Below, piece after piece: positions 52,046-59,700 of a stretch of 64,000 nucleotides of DNA. Below the pieces are notes generated by a model that saw nothing but the letters and a program-made list of their open reading frames with translations, did no database searches and was not told the DNA's origin. The stretch is taken from positions 17,546,001-17,610,000 of the forward strand of contig OZ024746.1 in assembly GCA_964016885.1 (NCBI GenBank), read 5' to 3'. Source of the DNA: Eledone cirrhosa (taxonomy: Eukaryota). The translations under genes and the position numbers were made by a program. Position 1 is the first letter of the stretch. Each line of letters opens with the position of its first letter.

Positions 52046-55000
52046 GACTTACTTTTTGGTGAAGTGTCTGAGTTTCAGCAGGCTCCTCAGTCCCTGTAAA
52101 ACAAGAACAACAACAATAACAATAATATATCAAACAACCAAAGTCTGTTATAAATGGTGTCATAATACAAAACTATAAAACACCTGTCTACCACCACCCT
52201 CATAATACAAAACATCTGTTCACGTTACTATACAAAATACCCATCCATCATCTCACCAATACTTCCGTCCTTTGCCTGGTACCTTATTTAACAATCCAGA
52301 AAGGATCAAAGGCAAAGTTGGCCTTGATGGAATTTACCCTGGGAGCAGTATTGGATTTACCATTGTGCTTAGGTGTGCTTAAGCTCAGGGTCCTGTTGGC
52401 CAGAGGTGGGGGGAATCTTCCTGTACTGCTTGTGTAGGCTTACCAGGTGTACTTCCTTCAGAACCGGAGTAAGGGGCCTCATAACTTAACTAGCACAGGG
52501 CCTCATTTGTCCTAAATCCAGCCCTACCTGGGAGTGCAGAGAGCCAGAACAAACACTGAGGCATTTAATTCGATGCTCTACCGACTCTGCCAATTTCAAT
52601 ACAACATAATTGAAGTGTATATGTAACCAATCTCTCTGACTTTTACGAAGTGCTGAGGGGATAAAGTTAATATAAAAAGCGGTATATCATGTGCGGAGAT
52701 GTTATAAAAATAGAGTGAAGGCCCCCTAAAGATCGTCACAACAGTGGCTGATGGCAATTTCTTTAACTGTCTTTAAAGGGTCTTTATCCTATTTTATAAG
52801 CTATTTTGTAGAGCACAGCTGTGCATGAGTACACAACTCTTTATAATTGAAGAGATTTAAACAAACTTAATGAATCCAACTTCTGACGCCAACTTGACTC
52901 TGCTTCATCTAGATCTTTTCTGTCTAGAGCATAGTTTTCTGAAAAACTAATAGAAAAAAATTATATAGTTTCAACTAATCTTTATATGGAGAGTTCTGTA
53001 GAGGTAAGTTAATAGATTTTGTTAGCTAGGTGACTTAATTAAAAGTGGAGGAGGTTGTTTTGAAAACATAGTAGCTAGAATAAGTACAGGATAGAAAAAT
53101 GTTTTGCTGACAACAAAAGGTTTCTCTCTACAAGTAAAAGGCATGTTGTATGATGCCTGTGTGTGAAGAGCAATGTTACATGGCAGTGAGACATGGTGCC
53201 TGTGTGTGAAGAACAATGCTACATGGTAGTGAGACATGGTGCATGTGTGTGAAGAGCAATGTTACATGGCAGTGAGACATGGTGCCTGTGTGTGAAGAAC
53301 AATGCTAAATGGCAGTGAGACATGGTGCATGTGTGTGAAGAGCAATGCTACATGGCAGTGAGACATGGTGCCTGTGTGTGAAGAACAATGCTAAATGGCA
53401 GTGAGACATGGTGCATGTGTGTGAAGAGCAATGCTACATGGCAATGAGACATGGTGCCTGTGTGTGAAGAACAATGCTACATGGTAGTGAGACATGGTGC
53501 CTGTGTATGAAGAGCAATGCTACATGGCAGTGAGACATGGGCAGTGTGATGCCTGTGTATGAAGAGCAATGCTACATGGCAGTGACACATGGGCAGTAAA
53601 TGTAAAGGATATGTGAAAACTGGACAGAATTGAAGGTAATGTTAGAGTGTACAGGGTTGGACTTTCACCTGCTGAGGCCCTAAAAAAAATTTGGATGAAA
53701 AAATGATTTAATGTTAGAAAATAAAAAACAAGCAAACTAATGATAAAATATAAATGATGCCCCACCCCTGATAATACAGGCAGTCTGATAGTGTTGACTA
53801 TCAGATCCATATATATATACAGACTCACACATACAAATATATGCAGACACATACACACACACAAACATATATGCATTGGCATCAGGAAGGCATTCAGCCA
53901 AGAAAGATAGATATGATGATGATGATGGTGAAGGTGGTGATGGTGATGATGGTGGTAATGGTGGTAATGATAATGATGATGACATCAATGTTGATAATGA
54001 TGGTAATGATGCCACTTACCGCCATGTATCTGTTAGTTTATCTAATCCAGTTGAAGGTGCTGAAATAGAAACAAGAGATCATAGAGGGAGGGAGAGAGAG
54101 GGAAAGGGAGTGAGGGAGAGGAAGTGGGGGAGAGGGGGAGAAGGAGTGAGAGAGAGGAGAAGGGGAGAGTGGGAGTGAGAGAGAAAGGAGAGGTCATAAC
54201 GTCCATGTAGCAGACTGAACTGTTGCTATATCGTTACCTGAGTATCATAAGAAGGTGTAATACTGACCAGGTAATATATCGTTACCTGAGTATCGTAAGA
54301 AGGTGTAATACTGACCAGGTAATATATTGTTACCTGAGTATCATAAGAAGGTGTAATACTGACCAGGTAATATATCGTTACCTGAGTATCATAAGAAGGT
54401 GTAATACTGACCAGGTAATATATTGTTACCTGGGTATTGTAAGATGCTGTAATACTGACCAGGTAATATATCGTTACCTGAGTATCGTAAGAAGGTGTAA
54501 TACACACCAGGTAATATATCGTTACCTGAGTATCATAAGAAGGTGTAATACTGACCAGGTAATATATTGTTACCTGGGTATTGTAAGATGCTGTAATATT
54601 TACCAGGTAAAACTACAGGTTTTATATTATATTGTCACCTGAGTATTGTGAGAAGCTGTATAATATTTACCAGGTAAAATAACAGGTAATATTAAAACAA
54701 TGTTGTCTCTGATCGAGACAAAGCCAGAATGTTTTTGATTGAATATATATAAATGTGAGAAAACTCATCACAAGAACAGCCATTGAAGCAGCCACATGCT
54801 GTCAAAGACTGCTATGGACAATAATGCCTTGGAGGGCAGAGACCAGCAGCCAGTGGTCAACAGGCAACAGGGAGACAATCCACAAAGTGGGTGACAGGCA
54901 GATGAAATATAATACCTCAGAGACCAGCAGCCAGTGGTCAACAGGGAGACAATCCACAAAGTGGGTGACAGGCAGATGAAATATAATACCTCAGAGACCA

Positions 55001-56714
55001 GCAGCCAGTGGTCAACAGGGAGACAATCCACAAAGTGGGTGACAGGCAGATGAAATATAATACCTCAGAGACCAGCAGCCAGTGGTCAACAGGGAGACAA
55101 TCCACAAAGTGGGTGACAGGCAGATGAAATATAATACCTCAGAGACCAGCAGCCAGTGGTCAACAGGGAGACAATCCACAAAGTGGGTGACAGGCAGATG
55201 AAATATAATACCTCAGAGACCAGCAGCCAGTGGTCAACAGAGAGACAATCCACAAAGTGGGTGACAGGCAGATGAAATATAATACCTCAGAGACCAGCAG
55301 CCAGTGGTCAACAGAGAGACAATCCACAAAGTGGGTGACAGGCAGATGAAATATAATACCTCAGAGACCAGCAGCCAGTGGTCAACAGAGAGACAATCCA
55401 CAAAGTGGGTGACAGGCAGATGAAATATAATACCTCAGAGACCAGCAGCCAGTGGTCAACAGAGAGACAATCCACAAAGTGGGTGACAGGCAGATGAAAT
55501 ATAATACCTCAGAGACCAGCAGCCAGTGGTCAACAGAGAGACAATCCACAAAGTGGGTGACAGGCAGATGAAATATAATACCTCAGAGACCAGCAGCCAG
55601 TGGTCAACAGAGAGACAATCCACAAAGTGGGTGACAGGCAGATGAAATATAGAAAAGATTGAAATAGGCGGAGGAGGACAAGAAGTACACAGCCAGACAT
55701 AAGTGACTGGAAGAAGGAAATAAAGAAAGGCAATGTACAAGACAAGTTTACGCACATTTGTCATCAGCTCTCAAACCAGCAAAATGGTTTCACTGTCACC
55801 TGAGTATCATAAGAAGGTGTAATACTCACCAGGTAATATATTGTTACCTGAGTATCATAAGAAGGTGTAATACTCACCAGGTAATATATTGTTACCTGAG
55901 TATCATAAGAAGGTGTAATACTCACCAGGTAATATATCGTTACCTGAGTATCATAAGAAAGTGTAATACTCACCAGGTAATATATTGTTACCTGAGTATC
56001 GTAAGAAAGTTTAATATATCATTACCTGAGTATCATAAGAAGGTGTAATACTCACCAGATAAATCTCGTGATTTACGTGGGCCTTTCAAATCCTTTTTGA
56101 AACATAATTTTTCTGCTGCTTTAGCTAAAGACTGAGCAGTGTATTTTACCTATTAATCAAAGTTAAATTTAATAGTAGTACTGGTATCAACAACAGCAGT
56201 GTCAGTAGTAGTATTAATAGTAGTAGTGTTAGTATTAGTATTGGTAGTAGTGGTGGGAATAGTAGTAGTAGTAGTGCTAAATCTCCCCAATAATGATCAT
56301 TTGTCAAAGCCTACTACAGTGAGCGTGTTTTATTATTATTATGAATTGATATTTTGAAAAAAATTATTTACAAGAAACAAAATAAGAATAAGATTTAATA
56401 ATGTAATTTTGATTTGATATATTACAAAAAATAATTGTTTCTACTTTTTGGCACAAGGCCAGCAATTACCCAGTACATTACTGGTATTTTATTTTATCAA
56501 CCCCGTAAGGATGAAAGGCAAAGTTAACCTCGGCGGGATTTGAACTCAGTCCGTACAAAAAATAATGTTTTCCAATTTTTCATGCATTATATGTTACATT
56601 GAGTAATATTGAAATGCAGAGTTTTTCTCCATAAATTATATCACTGATTTAAAATCAATCATCATTTTCTCACAAATAAAATGTGTGAAACGCAACAAGG
56701 CGTGGGTAATTTGG

Positions 56715-56787
<73 letters not shown>

Positions 56788-59700
56788 ATATATATATATA
56801 TACACATATATTATATATCCATATATATTATATATACATGTATATTATATATATATATATATTATATATACATATATATTATATATATATATTATATATA
56901 CACATATCTTATATATACATATATATTATATATATTTAAGAGTTAAACAAGGTTCAAAGAATGAGTTTTATAATAGAATGGAAGCACTCAACAGAAATGT
57001 TTTCCAGAGTTATTAATATTAATTCAAAATATTAACAAAATAGATATTCTTGTGATCAATTATATTTTATTATACATATTTCACATCAGCTGTTTCTTCC
57101 TTTATGCTTTCTTTTCCCTCCTCTTTCTCTAGTAGTTTTAAAAAATTAAAAATGTTATAACTGTTATATTGATGCCATGTATTTCTTAAATCTATTACAT
57201 ACACCCTCTCTATTGTTTGTATTATGTTATCTCATGTTCTCAATATTAGGGTATAAATATTGAGTTTTGCCATAAGTTAATCACTACCATGACTGAATCT
57301 TAACCATCTACCATGTCAGGGTATGTCATGTATCATTTTATTTTATCTGATGAGGACGTACTGTTGAACTTAACTCAGTACCTCTGAAATATGTATAATA
57401 AAATATAATTGATCACAAGAATATCTATTTTGTTAATATTTATATTAATATATGCATATATATATATATACATATATATTATATATACATATATATTATA
57501 TGTGTATATTATAATATATATATATATATATTATATATGCATATATATATTATATATATATATATAATATAGAAGTGGCTTCTACAGGAGTAGAACTGTC
57601 TCATTCGGGAGAAATCATCAGGAAGCTTCCTGGTGATTTCTCCCATATGAAACAGTTCTAGTCCTGTAGAAGCCATTTCTATATTAAATATTTATACTCT
57701 GCTATGTATTTGAGTACCTTACTTACTGTGGTTACTCTCGATTGAACCCGGGATAAACTGATATATATATATCTGTGTGTGTATATGTGTGTGTGTATGT
57801 GTGTATATACATTAACTGTTTCTTTCTATCCTGTAATTTAGTGGTTCAATAAACAGAGACTGATACAAAAATAAATAAAAATAAAACTTACTGGGATTTA
57901 TATAATCAACAACCTTATCCCTAGAAGGAGGTGTTACCCCAGCATGGCCCCCAGTTAAAGAATAAAAGCATTTAACAAGAACAAAGGAAGCAATAAATAT
58001 TTAGTAATTCTTACATGTCTAACTGCTAATGGAGTATTTTCTCTCATGGGATTGAACTTCTCTGTTTTTTCATCAGTTTCCAGTAAATTTTCTCCACTCT
58101 CAGCTACAAACCACAAAACAACAAAAAACATGACACCTCAAAGAAAACCTCAACACGACAACATTTCCCCCTCCTACATTTCTTACTAACAAACGGCATA
58201 TCATAACAATTATATCTCCATCACTTGAGAGGAGATGAGTGGATGTATAATGTGTTCAAGAGATGAGATGGTGAGATTGTGAGGCATCTCAGTAAGAATA
58301 CTCACATGTAAACAACTTAGATACAAGATTTCCTGGGTAGGAAATGATGATGGGGTAGGAGTGGGAATTGTACTGGCTGAGAAGTGGATAGATAAGGTAA
58401 TTGAAATAGAGTGACAGAATTATTAAACCCAGAATAGTCATAGACAATAGAATGATGGCAATTAACTTTACCTATATGTACACCACAAGCAGGTCTAGGT
58501 AAATAACAAAAGAAGTGTTTCTATGAGGAACTTTTACAAACAACCTCGGTTACAGATGACAGACATCATCATCCTAGTTGATGACTTCAATGGACATGTT
58601 GGGCAACACCAGGATGGTTATGCTGGAGTTCATGGTGGATATGGTTATGGCATGAAAAATAGAGAGAGCAAGGCTCCTAGAATTCTGTGATGTGAACGAT
58701 CTAACCATTTGCAACACTAACGTCAGGAAACAGGTCAGCCATCAGATCATACACAAATCATTCAAACACACATGCCAGAATAACTTTTTACTTGTTAAAA
58801 AATATGACAGACAGATGATTAATGCCAAGTCTGTCCACGGAAAAGAATGCACAACAACATAAATTAGTTATTAGTGACATCAGAATAAGTACAAGACAGA
58901 ACAAGACATGCAGGAAGATATGAAGAAGGAGAGTATGGAAGCTAAAGGACCTGAGTGTTAAATATAGGTTTAGAAAAGCTCAACGTGACACATATGACAA
59001 GAGGGAGGAGTTAGATATATATAAAATAGAGGACAATTGAAAAGACCCATCCAACCCATGTAATCATGGAAAAATGGATGAAAAACAATGATGATGATGA
59101 TGATTATATATATATATATATCAAGAGGACTGAGAGTGAACCTAGCTAAGACTAAAATGTTGATAAGTAGGAAAGAGGACAAAACTCTGATTCCATCAGT
59201 CACCTCCCCTTGTATTTGTACAGTTGTTTCTCCTTTTCCGTACAACCTCAATTAAACCGAATAAGGTGAAACAATTGTTCTCGGTAATGGTGAACTAATT
59301 GTTGTGGAACTATTTCTATATATATATAGGCACTAAACTCGTTGCACACATCATCAATCAAGCTATATATGGCAGTGTCATACCCAAAGACTGGTGCAGC
59401 AGTATTCTCATAAATTGCTACAAAGGTAAAGGGGATGCTCTGGAGAGGAGCAATTATAGGGGCATAAAGCTGATGGATCAGGTTATGAAAGTGGCAGAGA
59501 GAATATTAGCGCAACTGATTAGAGAAAGGGTCAAATTAGATGAGATGCAGTTTGGTTTTGAGACAACTACAAGAGAGGTTCTTAGAGAAGAATAAGCCAC
59601 TATACTTAGCTTTTGTTGACCTAGAGAAGGTCTTTGATAGGGTACCCTGATCTGTCATCTGGTGGTCCCAAAGGAAACTAGGTGTAGAGGAATGGTTTGT

